From Nemertoderma westbladi (lineage: Eukaryota; Animalia; Xenacoelomorpha): a DNA stretch of 57,142 nucleotides. Of the stretch, positions 38,622 to 51,700 are shown one piece after another. The translations under genes were made by a program, and so were the position numbers. The notes under the pieces are model-generated. The model was not told the DNA's origin. It searched no databases and saw nothing but the letters and a program-made list of their open reading frames with translations. The stretch's first letter is position 1; each line of letters starts with the position of its first letter. The stretch covers positions 1 through 57,142 of the forward strand of contig JAUCBJ010002865.1 of the NCBI GenBank assembly GCA_032718475.1, read 5' to 3'.

Positions 38622-39895
38622 ATTAACAGTTATCCAATTTGTGCAGTCTATCCAACCACCAGTTATCCTATTTTTGCACAGGCTATCCAACAGTTATCCT
38701 ATTTTTGCACAGGCTATCCGTCAGTTATCCTATTTTTGCACAGCTATCCAACAGTTATCCAATTTTTGCACAGGCTATCCAACAGTTATCCTATTTTTGC
38801 ACAGGCTATCCGACAGTTATCCTATTTTTGCACAGCTATCCAACAGTTATCCAATTTTTGCACAGGCTATCCAACAGTTATCCAATTTTTGCACAGGCTA
38901 TCCAACAGTTATCCAATTTTGCACAGGCTATCCAACAGTTATCCAATTTTTGCACAGGCTATCCAACAGTTATCCAATTTTTGCACAGGCTATCCAACAG
39001 TTATCCAATTTTGCACAGGCTATCCACCAGTTATCCTATTTTTGCACAGGCTATCCAACAGTTATCCTATTTTTGCACAGGCTATCCGTCAGTTATCCTA
39101 TTTTTGCACAGCTATCCAACAGTTATCCAATTTTTGCACAGGCTATCCAACAGTTATCCTATTTTTGCACAGCTATCCAACAGTTATCCAATTTTTGCAC
39201 AGGCTATCCAACAGTTATCCAATTTTTGCACAGGCTATCCAACAGTTATCCAATTTTTGCACAGGCTATCCAACAGTTATCCAATTTTTGCACAGGCTAT
39301 CCAACAGTTATCCAATTTTTGCACAGGCTATCCAACAGTTATCCAATTTTTGCACAGGCTATACAACAGTTATCCAATTTTTGCACAGGCTATCCAACAG
39401 TTATCCTATTTTTGCACAGGCTATCCAACAGTTATCCAATTTTTGCACAGGCTATCCAACAGTTATCCAATTTTTGCACAGGCTATCCAACAGTTATCCT
39501 ATTTTGCACAGGCTATCCAACAGTTATCCAATTTTTGCACAGGCAATCCAACAGTTATCCTATTTTTGCACAGGCTATCCAACAGTTACCCTATTTTTGC
39601 ACAGGCTATCCAACAGTTATCCTATTTTTGCACAGGCTATCCAACAGTTATCCTATTTTTGCACAGGCTATCCAACAGTTATCCAATTTTTGCACAGGCT
39701 ATCCGACAGTTATCCAATTTTTGCACAGGCAATCCAACAGTTATCCTATTTTTGCACAGGCTATCCAACAGTTATCCAATTTTTGCACAGGCTATCCAAC
39801 AGTTATCCAATTTTGCACAGCTAACAGTTATCCTATTTTTGCACAGGCTATCCAACAGTTATCCTATTTTTGCACAGGCTACAGTTATCCAATTT
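38622..39895 (+). repeat. 31-bp tandem array, about 41 copies (GCACAGGCTATCCAACAGTTATCCAATTTTT)
   Basis: Period 31 (39181 to 39212). Confidence 0.96.
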
Positions 39896-40282
39896 CAAGG
39901 CTGTCTGGGATTATATTTTTACATTTAATAAGGGCAGCAGGCCTCCTTGGAATAAATTTATAGTTGTACCGGTACCACATACTGATATCTGGATTCAGGA
40001 TATTATGCATCCTTTGTTATAGTATTGTCTTTAAGGGCTGACCGATTATACCGGAGGCCTAGTAATAGTATTTTATTGACATTTAAATGGTACAGGAAAC
40101 AAGTCACTTAAATTCAAAAACAACACAGAAATACACCAAATAATAATATGTCCAGCTGACCAATCGATAATAATCTACTGTATCTCGATATACATACAGT
40201 AAATCAGTACAAAAAATATAATATAATATACATGATATACATATACATACATACATACATACATACATATACATATACATAA

Positions 40283-41302
40283 TTGACGGTGACACAGAAC
40301 CATTTGAAGTGTTATGGGGCGTCCTCCAAGGAGACACACTTGCACCATTCTTGTTCATTATTGTGGTTGACTATGTTCTACGCATGTCCTTAGATCATCA
40401 TAATGATGATGGGGTGATGATAACTCCACCTACTGGCTCCAGAAGTCGAGGAAATCCTGCCAAGTACCTAACTGATCTAGACTTTGCTGATGACTTAGGA
40501 GTACTCTCAGAATCATTAGAGGGAGCCCAGCGGCTCCTCAGCTCATTAGAACATGCTGCTTCTAGTGTTGGTCTTTTTATTAACTCCAGAAAGACCAAAA
40601 TTCTGACAGTTAACTTTGAAAGTCCTCAGCAAGTCTCTGATCGGATGAGCATAAGCTCAAAGGATGGTATGCTTGAGCATATGGACGACTTCTGTTACCT
40701 GGGATCATGGATCCGGAAGTCAGGTGAGGACCTTCGAATACGTAAGGGAAAGGCATGGGCAGCCTTGAATAGGCTTTCCAGGATTTGGAAGTCACCTAGA
40801 ATTAATCGGAAACTTAAGGTCCGATTATTTAGAGCAGCAGTAGTTCCAGTACTCCTCTACGGGAGTCCATGCTGGGCTCTAACTGCTGAGGACACCAAAT
40901 CTCTGGATGGCACATTCACAAGAATGCTACGCCGGGTACATTGTGTCAAGTACAATGCACACATCTCCAACCAGACACTATATACTGTAACATTGGAGGT
41001 GTCTCATTGGTTCCCCCAAGCTTGACACTAGAACAAAATCGCCTCCGCTTTGCAGGACATTGCTTTCGCCGTGAGGACCAGCCAGTGCATAATCTTGTAC
41101 TTTGGCAGCGTCATGGAGTGAATAAGCATGGTGGACAGCCCATGACTTTCTTGAGACGCATCTTAAAGGACACTGGCCTTAAAGATGCGGATGATCTAGC
41201 AAATGTCATGGGTGATAGGGAGTTGTGGCGGTGCAATTTTGTTGACAAGCCGGCACAGCATTCCTAAAAATGCAGCTGCAATGCAGCATGCCGATCCTAG
41301 TA
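40283..41302 (+). mobile_element. 5'-truncated RTE-like LINE (copy 4) flanked by a 262-bp direct duplication
   Basis: Same family as copy 2; 39972-40233 appears identical to 41303-41564; TACA-type microsatellite at the 5' junction. Confidence 0.93.
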
Positions 41303-42181
41303 GTACCACATACTGATATCTGGATTCAGGATATTATGCATCCTTTGTTATAGTATTGTCTTTAAGGGCTGACCGATTATACCGGAGGCCTAGTAATAGT
41401 ATTTTATTGACATTTAAATGGTACAGGAAACAAGTCACTTAAATTCAAAAACAACACAGAAATACACCAAATAATAATATGTCCAGCTGACCAATCGATA
41501 ATAATCTACTGTATCTCGATATACATACAGTAAATCAGTACAAAAAATATAATATAATATACATAATAACAATAGCACAAACAAAGACAAAAAATATGTA
41601 ACAAGCAAATTTACTTACAAATCAGATCTAAACTAATATTTAGGCGAAAGGGAGGGGGGGGGGGGGGTGGTTAAGTCAACTTAACCAAGGGTTAAGGTTC
41701 GTAGGTAATTACGACTCTATACTCACATACGTAGGTAATTAAGAGTCCGCTCACATACACTGCAAGCCTACCCGAGTGTGTTTGTAGGTCGTTAAACAAA
41801 CGCGAGATACATGAAAAATTATAAGACCCGGAAAGTCAAGTCTATTTTGTTTCCGATTAGGCTTGTAATTATAATTTTGAATTCCGAATTGTAAGTTGTT
41901 AGCCTACCTGCGCCTGTGGCTGTGTTGAGCATGCTGCATGTGTTTAGTCAGTTCTACTAGTTCATCCTAAACTTAACCAATTAGGACTGTTACAGCTCCT
42001 CGTCAGGTGTGCGGTAGGCCTACCGGTATAATCGGTCACCCCAAAGAGACAATATTATAACAAAGGCTGCCTATCCTGATATCAGTACTTGGTACCGGTA
42101 CAACTATAATATTATTTCAAGGACATCTCCTGCCCTTTAATAAATCTAAAAATGAAGTCCAATACAGTTAAATAGATTTTC

Positions 42182-42584
42182 GATAACTGTATCCTGTGCA
42201 AAAATAGGGTAACTGTTGGATAGCCTGTGCAAAAATAGGGTAACTGTTGGATAGCCTGTGCAAAAATAGGGTAACTGTTGGATAGCCTGTGCAAAAATTT
42301 GATAACTGTTGGATAGCCTGTGCAAAAATTGGATAACTGTTGGATAGCCTGTGCAAAAATTGGATAACTGTTGGATAGCTGTGCAAAAATAGGATAACTG
42401 TCGGATAGCCTGTGCAAAAATAGGATAACTGTTGGATAGCCTGTGCAAAAATAGGATAACTGTTGGATAGCCTGTGCAAAAATTGGATAACTGTTGGATA
42501 GCTGTGCAAAAATAGGGTAACTGTTGGATAGCCTGTGCAAAAATAGAGTAACTGTTGGATAGCCTGTGCAAAAATTGGATAGCT
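42182..42584 (-). repeat. Inverted copy of the 31-bp array, about 13 copies
   Basis: GATAACTGTTGGATAGCCTGTGCAAAAA is the reverse complement of the 38622-39895 unit. Confidence 0.95.
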
Positions 42585-43085
42585 CTTAATAGCTGGTAAT
42601 AACCCGCCCAACATGTGAAGATTACCAGGATTTCACTTCTCGGTCGACGTTTTATTGGAATTTTTTATATGAAGATTTTTTCTTTTTTTGAATTTATCTT
42701 TATTAAGTGTTTTATAGCGCTTATTTCTATGCATCGATGGCTTAGAACGAGTTGGGGTTCCTTTGTATGGGACAGCATAAATTATTATTTTGTCATTTCT
42801 TGCAGTGCAATACGCATCTTGGAGAATGAGATAAATTAGTAGGAAGCAAGTATATATCCCTGAATATCAGATGTTATCATTACAAGTGAAGCTAATTCAT
42901 TCATCTTGTGAATGATTCCATTATTTAATAATAAACCTAAATCTTTTGAGTTTTTAGAATAAATTACTTTTTTAAAGGCAGAGTATAGCAGCTTTACGTA
43001 ACAGTTATTATTGTCTCTGATATATAATCGTAACTACACTGTTACTGTTCCGTCGAAATTAAATTTGTTCCACAACGTAATCTTA

Positions 43086-45565
43086 TAAGTCCAATATTAC
43101 ACTATACTGTATAAAGTTATGCCCAGTACAGTAAGTCCAAGATTATACTATACTGTATAAAGTTATGCCCAGTACAGTAAGTTCAAGATTACACTATACT
43201 GTATAAAGTTATGCCCAGTACAGTAAGTCCAAGATTACACTATACTGTATAAAGTTATACCCAGTAATGTTAGTCCAAGATTACACTATACTGTATAACG
43301 TTATGCCCAGTACAGTAAGTCCAAGATTATACTATACTGTATAAAGTTATGCCCAGTACAGTAAGTCCAAGATTACACTATACTGTATAAAGATATGCCC
43401 AGTACAGTAAGTCCAAGATTACACTATACTGTATAAAGTTATGCCCAGTACAGTAAGTCCAAGATTACACTATACTGTATAAAGTTATGCCCAGTACAGT
43501 AAGTCCAAGATTACACTATAGTGTATAAAGTTATGCCCAGTACTGTTAGTCCAAGATTACACTATACTGTATAAAGATATGCCCAGTACAGTAAGTTCAA
43601 TATTACACTATACTGTATAAAGTTATGCCCAGTACAGTAAGTCCAAGATTACACTATACTGTATAAAGTTATGCCCAGTACAGTAAGTCCAAGATTACAC
43701 TATACTGTATAAAGTTATGCCCAGTACAGTAAGTCCAAGATTACACTATACTGTATAAAGTTATGCCAAGTACAGTAAGTCCAAGGTTACACTATACTGT
43801 ATAAAGTTATGCCCAGTACAGTAAGTCCAACATTACACTATACTGTATAAAGTTATGCCCAGTACAGTAAGTCCAAGATTACACTATAGTGTATAAAGTT
43901 ATGCCCAGTACTGTTAGTCCAAGATTACACTATACTGTATAAAGTTATGCCCAGGACAGTAAGTCCAAGGTTACACTATACTGTATAAAGTTATGCCCAG
44001 TACAGTAAGTTCAAGATTACACTATACTGTATAAAGTTATGCCCAGTACAGTAAGTCCAAGATTACACTATACTGTATAAAGTTATACCCAGTAATGTTA
44101 GTCCAAGATTACACTATACTGTATAACGTTATGCCCAGTACAGTAAGTCCAAGATTATACTATACTGTATAAAGTTATGCCCAGTACAGTAAGTCCAAGA
44201 TTACACTATACTGTATAAAGATATGCCCAGTACAGTAAGTCCAAGATTACACTATACTGTATAAAGTTATGCCCAGTACAGTAAGTCCAAGATTACACTA
44301 TACTGTATAAAGTTATGCCCAGTACAGTAAGTCCAAGATTACACTATAGTGTATAAAGTTATGCCCAGTACTGTTAGTCCAAGATTACACTATACTGTAT
44401 AAAGATATGCCCAGTACAGTAAGTTCAATATTACACTATACTGTATAAAGTTATGCCCAGTACAGTAAGTCCAAGATTACACTATACTGTATAAAGTTAT
44501 GCCCAGTACAGTAAGTCCAAGATTACACTATACTGTATAAAGTTATGCCCAGTACAGTAAGTCCAAGATTACACTATACTGTATAAAGTTATGCCAAGTA
44601 CAGTAAGTCCAAGGTTACACTATACTGTATAAAGTTATGCCCAGTACAGTAAGTCCAACATTACACTATACTGTATAAAGTTATGCCCAGTACAGTAAGT
44701 CCAAGATTACACTATAGTGTATAAAGTTATGCCCAGTACTGTTAGTCCAAGATTACACTATACTGTATAAAGTTATGCCCAGGACAGTAAGTCCAAGGTT
44801 ACACTATACTGTATAAAGTTATGCTCAGTACAGTAAGTCCAACATTACACTATACTGTATAAAGTTATGCCCAGTACAGTAAGTCCAAGATTACACTATA
44901 GTGTATAAAGTTATGCCCAGTACTGTTAGTCCAAGATTACACTATACTGTATAAAGTTATGCCCAGTACAGTAAGTCCAAGGTTACACTATACTGTATAA
45001 AGTTATGCCCAGTACAGTAAGTCCAACATTACACTATACTGTATAAAGTTATGCCCAGTACAGTAAGTCCAACATTACACTATACTGTATAAAGTTATGC
45101 CCAGTACAGTAAGTCCAAGATTACACTATAGTGTATAAAGTTATGCCCAGTACTGTTAGTCCAAGATTACACTATACTGTATAAAGTTATGCCAAGTACA
45201 GTAAGTCCAAGATTACACTATACTGTATAAAGATATGCCCAGTACAGTAAGTCCAAGATTACACTATACTGTATAAAGTTATGCCCAGTACAGTAAGTCC
45301 AAGATTACACTACACTGTATAAAGTTATGCCCAGTACAGTAAGTCCAAGATTACACTATACTGTATAAAGTTATGCCCAGTACAGTAAGTCCAAGATTAC
45401 ACTATACTGTATAAAGTTATGCCCAGTACAGTAAGTCAAAGATTACACTATACTGTATAAAGTTATGCCCAGTACAGTAAGTCCAAGATTACACTATACT
45501 GTATAAAGTTATGCCCAGTACAGTAAGTCCAAGATTACACTATACTGTATAAAGTTATGCCCAGT
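43086..45565. repeat. 46-bp tandem array, about 54 copies (GTAAGTCCAAGATTACACTATACTGTATAAAGTTATGCCCAGTACA)
   Basis: Direct periodicity; an 18-unit (828-bp) block is duplicated; the array ends 39 bp before the exon. Confidence 0.97.
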
Positions 45566-45604
45566 CTTACAATCTAGCCCTGCCTTGATTATTATGTTTA
45601 ATAG

Positions 45605-45738
45605 ATAAAGATTTGGGTCGTCTCTACGAGAAATTGTTTCAGGGCGGGAGATACAATCCCAGAATCAGACCGGTAGTTGACCAGAACAATCCCGTCAATG
45701 TTGTCATTGACATGTCTCTGAGGATGGTACTAGATGTT
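45605..45738 (+). CDS. Coding exon 2 of a Cys-loop ligand-gated ion channel subunit (nicotinic acetylcholine receptor-like); rest of gene beyond the window
   Basis: tttaatAG|AT KDLGRLYEKLFQGGRYNPRIRPVVDQNNPVNVVIDMSLRMVLDV|GTAAGT matches the pattern RL...L...YN..IRPV......V.V...L....DV, with the phase-0 intron after DV seen in nAChR genes. Confidence 0.85.
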
Positions 45739-48700
45739 GTAAGTGATTGTATATGACTTACGGATGGTACTAGATGTTGTAAGTGATTGTATATGACTTA
45801 CGGATGGTACTAGATGTTGTAAGTGATTGTATATGACTTACGGATGGTACTAGATGTTGTAAGTGATTGTATATGACTTACGGATGGTACTAGATGTTGT
45901 AAGTGATTGTATATGACTTACGGATGGTACTAGATGTTGTAAGTGATTGTATATGACTTACGGATGGTACTAGATGTTGTAAGTGATTGTATATGACTTA
46001 CGGATGGTACTAGATGTTGTAAGTGATTGTATATGACTTACGGATGGTACTAGATGTTGTAAGTGATTGTATATGACTTACGGATGGTACTAGATGTTGT
46101 AAGTGATTGTATATGACTTACGGATGGTACTAGATGTTGTAAGTGATTGTATATGACTTACGGATGGTACTAGATGTTGTAAGTGATTGTATATGACTTA
46201 CGGATGGTACTAGATGTTGTAAGTGATTGTATATGACTTACGGATGGTACTAGATGTTGTAAGTGATTGTATATGACTTACGGATGGTACTAGATGTTGT
46301 AAGTGATTGTATGACATACGGATGGTACTAGATGTTGTAAGTGATTGTATATGACTTACGGATGGTACTAGATGTTGTAAGTGATTGTATATGACTTACG
46401 GATGGTACTAGATGTTGTAAGTGATTGTATATGACTTACGGATGGTACTAGATGTTGTAAGTGATTGTATATGACTTACGGATGGTACTAGATGTTGTAA
46501 GTGATTGTATGACTTACGGATGGTACTAGATGTTGTAAGTGATTGTATGACTTACGGATGGTACTAGATGTTGTAAGTGATTGTATATGACTTACGGATG
46601 GTACTTGATGTTGTAAGTGATTGTATATGACTTACGGATGGTACTTGATGTTGTAAGTGATTGTATATGACTTACGGATGGTACTAGATGTTGTAAGTGA
46701 TTGTATGACTTACGGATGGTACTAGATGTTGTAAGTGATTGTATATGACTTACGGATGGTACTTGATGTTGTAAGTGATTGTATATGACTTACGGATGGT
46801 ACTAGATGTTGTAAGTGATTGTATGACTTACGGATGGTACTAGATGTTGTAAGTGATTGTATATGACTTACGGATGGTACTAGATGTTGTAAGTGATTGT
46901 ATAACTTACGGATGGTACTAGATGTTGTAAGTGATTGTATGACTTACGGATGGTACTAGATGTTGTAAGTGATTGTATATGACTTACGGATGGTACTAGA
47001 TGTTGTAAGTGATTGTATATGACTTACGGATGGTACTAGATGTTGTAAGTGATTGTATAACTTACGGATGGTACTAGATGTTGTAAGTGATTGTATATGA
47101 CTTACGGATGGTACTAGATGTTGTAAGTGATTGTATATGACTTACGGATGGTACTAGATGTTGTAAGTGATTGTATATGACTTACGGATGGTACTAGATG
47201 TTGTAAGTGATTGTATAACTTACGGATGGTACTAGATGTTGTAAGTGATTGTATATGACTTACGGATGGTACTAGATGTTGTAAGTGATTGTATGACTTA
47301 CGGATGGTACTAGATGTTGTAAGTGATTGTATATGACTTACGGATGGTACTAGATGTTGTAAGTGATTGTATATGACTTACGGATGGTACTAGATGTTGT
47401 AAGTGATTGTATATGACTTACGGATGGTACTAGATGTTGTAAGTGATTGTATATGACTTACGGATGGTACTAGATGTTGTAAGTGATTGTATGACTTACG
47501 GATGGTACTAGATGTTGTAAGTGATTGTATGACTTACGGATGGTACTAGATGTTGTAAGTGATTGTATATGACTTACGGATGGTACTTGATGTTGTAAGT
47601 GATTGTATATGACTTACGGATGGTACTTGATGTTGTAAGTGATTGTATATGACTTACGGATGGTACTAGATGTTGTAAGTGATTGTATGACTTACGGATG
47701 GTACTAGATGTTGTAAGTGATTGTATATGACTTACGGATGGTACTTGATGTTGTAAGTGATTGTATATGACTTACGGATGGTACTAGATGTTGTAAGTGA
47801 TTGTATGACTTACGGATGGTACTAGATGTTGTAAGTGATTGTATATGACTTACGGATGGTACTAGATGTTGTAAGTGATTGTATATGACTTACGGATGGT
47901 ACTAGATGTTGTAAGTGATTGTATATGACTTACGGATGGTACTAGATGTTGTAAGTGATTGTATAACTTACGGATGGTACTAGATGTTGTAAGTGATTGT
48001 ATATGACTTACGGATGGTACTAGATGTTGTAAGTGATTGTATATGACTTACGGATGGTACTAGATGTTGTAAGTGATTGTATATGACTTACGGATGGTAC
48101 TAGATGTTGTAAGTGATTGTATAACTTACGGATGGTACTAGATGTTGTAAGTGATTGTATATGACTTACGGATGGTACTAGATGTTGTAAGTGATTGTAT
48201 ATGACTTACGGATGGTACTAGATGTTGTAAGTGATTGTATAACTTACGGATGGTACTAGATGTTGTAAGTGATTGTATATGACTTACGGATGGTACTAGA
48301 TGTTGTAAGTGATTGTATATGACTTACGGATGGTACTAGATGTTGTAAGTGATTGTATGACTTACGGATGGTACTAGATGTTGTAAGTGATTGTATGACT
48401 TACGGATGGTACTAGATGTTGTAAGTGATTGTATATGACTTACGGATGGTACTAGATGTTGTAAGTGATTGTATGACTTACGGATGGTACTAGATGTTGT
48501 AAGTGATTGTATATGACTTACGGATGGTACTAGATGTTGTAAGTGATTGTATGACTTACGGATGGTACTAGATGTTGTAAGTGATTGTATGACTTACGGA
48601 TGGTACTAGATGTTGTAAGTGATTGTATGACTTACGGATGGTACTAGATGTTGTAAGTGATTGTATGACTTACGGATGGTACTAGATGTTGTAAGTGATT

Positions 48701-51700
48701 GTATGACTTACGGATGGTACTAGATGTTGTAAGTGATTGTATGACTTACGGATGGTACTAGATGTTGTAAGTGATTGTATGACTTACGGATGGTACTAGA
48801 TGTTGTAAGTGATTGTATGACTTACGGATGGTACTAGATGTTGTAAGTGATTGTATGACTTACGGATGGTACTAGATGTTGTAAGTGATTGTATGACTTA
48901 CGGATGGTACTAGATGTTGTAAGTGATTGTATGACTTACGGATGGTACTAGATGTTGTAAGTGATTGTATGACTTACGGATGGTACTAGATGTTGTAAGT
49001 GATTGTATGACTTACGGATGGTACTAGATGTTGTAAGTGATTGTATGACTTACGGATGGTACTAGATGTTGTAAGTGATTGTATGACTTACGGATGGTAC
49101 TAGATGTTGTAAGTGATTGTATATGACTTACGGATGGTACTAGATGTTGTAAGTGATTGTATATGACTTACGGATGGTACTAGATGTTGTAAGTGATTGT
49201 ATGACTTACGGATGGTACTAGATGTTGTAAGTGATTGTATGACTTACGGATGGTACTAGATGTTGTAAGTGATTGTATATGACTTACGGATGGTACTAGA
49301 TGTTGTAAGTGATTGTATGACTTACGGATGGTACTAGATGTTGTAAGTGATTGTATGACTTACGGATGGTACTAGATGTTGTAAGTGATTGTATGACTTA
49401 CGGATGGTACTAGATGTTGTAAGTGATTGTATGACTTACGGATGGTACTAGATGTTGTAAGTGATTGTATGACTTACGGATGGTACTAGATGTTGTAAGT
49501 GATTGTATGACTTACGGATGGTACTAGATGTTGTAAGTGATTGTATGACTTACGGATGGTACTAGATGTTGTAAGTGATTGTATGACTTACGGATGGTAC
49601 TAGATGTTGTAAGTGATTGTATGACTTACGGATGGTACTAGATGTTGTAAGTGATTGTATGACTTACGGATGGTACTAGATGTTGTAAGTGATTGTATGA
49701 CTTACGGATGGTACTAGATGTTGTAAGTGATTGTATGACTTACGGATGGTACTAGATGTTGTAAGTGATTGTATATGACTTACGGATGGTACTAGATGTT
49801 GTAAGTGATTGTATGACTTACGGATGGTACTAGATGTTGTAAGTGATTGTATATGACTTACGGATGGTACTAGATGTTGTAAGTGATTGTATATGACTTA
49901 CGGATGGTACTAGATGTTGTAAGTGATTGTATGACTTACGGATGGTACTAGATGTTGTAAGTGATTGTATATGACTTACGGATGGTACTAGATGTTGTAA
50001 GTGATTGTATGACTTACGGATGGTACTAGATGTTGTAAGTGATTGTATGACTTACGGATGGTACTAGATGTTGTAAGTGATTGTATGACTTACGGATGGT
50101 ACTAGATGTTGTAAGTGATTGTATGACTTACGGATGGTACTAGATGTTGTAAGTGATTGTATATGACTTACGGATGGTACTAGATGTTGTAAGTGATTGT
50201 ATGACTTACGGATGGTACTAGATGTTGTAAGTGATTGTATGACTTACGGATGGTACTAGATGTTGTAAGTGATTGTATGACTTACGGATGGTACTAGATG
50301 TTGTAAGTGATTGTATGACTTACGGATGGTACTAGATGTTGTAAGTGATTGTATGACTTACGGATGGTACTAGATGTTGTAAGTGATTGTATGACTTACG
50401 GATGGTACTAGATGTTGTAAGTGATTGTATGACTTACGGATGGTACTAGATGTTGTAAGTGATTGTATGACTTACGGATGGTACTAGATGTTGTAAGTGA
50501 TTGTATGACTTACGGATGGTACTAGATGTTGTAAGTGATTGTATATGACTTACGGATGGTACTAGATGTTGTAAGTGATTGTATGACTTACGGATGGTAC
50601 TAGATGTTGTAAGTGATTGTATATGACTTACGGATGGTACTAGATGTTGTAAGTGATTGTATGACTTACGGATGGTACTAGATGTTGTAAGTGATTGTAT
50701 GACTTACGGATGGTACTAGATGTTGTAAGTGATTGTATATGACTTACGGATGGTACTAGATGTTGTAAGTGATTGTATGACTTACGGATGGTACTAGATG
50801 TTGTAAGTGATTGTATATGACTTACGGATGGTACTAGATGTTGTAAGTGATTGTATGACTTACGGATGGTACTAGATGTTGTAAGTGATTGTATGACTTA
50901 CGGATGGTACTAGATGTTGTAAGTGATTGTATATGACTTACGGATGGTACTAGATGTTGTAAGTGATTGTATGACTTACGGATGGTACTAGATGTTGTAA
51001 GTGATTGTATGACTTACGGATGGTACTAGATGTTGTAAGTGATTGTATGACTTACGGATGGTACTAGATGTTGTAAGTGATTGTATGACTTACGGATGGT
51101 ACTAGATGTTGTAAGTGATTGTATGACTTACGGATGGTACTAGATGTTGTAAGTGATTGTATGACTTACGGATGGTACTAGATGTTGTAAGTGATTGTAT
51201 GACTTACGGATGGTACTAGATGTTGTAAGTGATTGTATGACTTACGGATGGTACTAGATGTTGTAAGTGATTGTATATGACTTACGGATGGTACTAGATG
51301 TTGTAAGTGATTGTATGACTTACGGATGGTACTAGATGTTGTAAGTGATTGTATGACTTACGGATGGTACTAGATGTTGTAAGTGATTGTATGACTTACG
51401 GATGGTACTAGATGTTGTAAGTGATTGTATGACTTACGGATGGTACTAGATGTTGTAAGTGATTGTATGACTTACGGATGGTACTAGATGTTGTAAGTGA
51501 TTGTATGACTTACGGATGGTACTAGATGTTGTAAGTGATTGTATGACTTACGGATGGTACTAGATGTTGTAAGTGATTGTATGACTTACGGATGGTACTA
51601 GATGTTGTAAGTGATTGTATGACTTACGGATGGTACTAGATGTTGTAAGTGATTGTATGACTTACGGATGGTACTAGATGTTGTAAGTGATTGTATGACT

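Larger units (their letters stand above)
38600..42605. mobile_element. Foldback-like inverted structure: arms of 31-bp tandem units plus about 170 bp of diverged unique inverted sequence
   Basis: The array at 38622-39895 recurs in reverse complement at 42182-42584; inner flanks 39895-40062 and 42015-42182 and the outer GGTTATTACC.GCTATT motif are also inverted homologues. Confidence 0.7.

Noticed and set aside
38595-42614. ORFs of 140-440 aa in the 31-bp arrays
   Set aside because: A stop-free unit cycling through all frames; lies inside a predicted intron.
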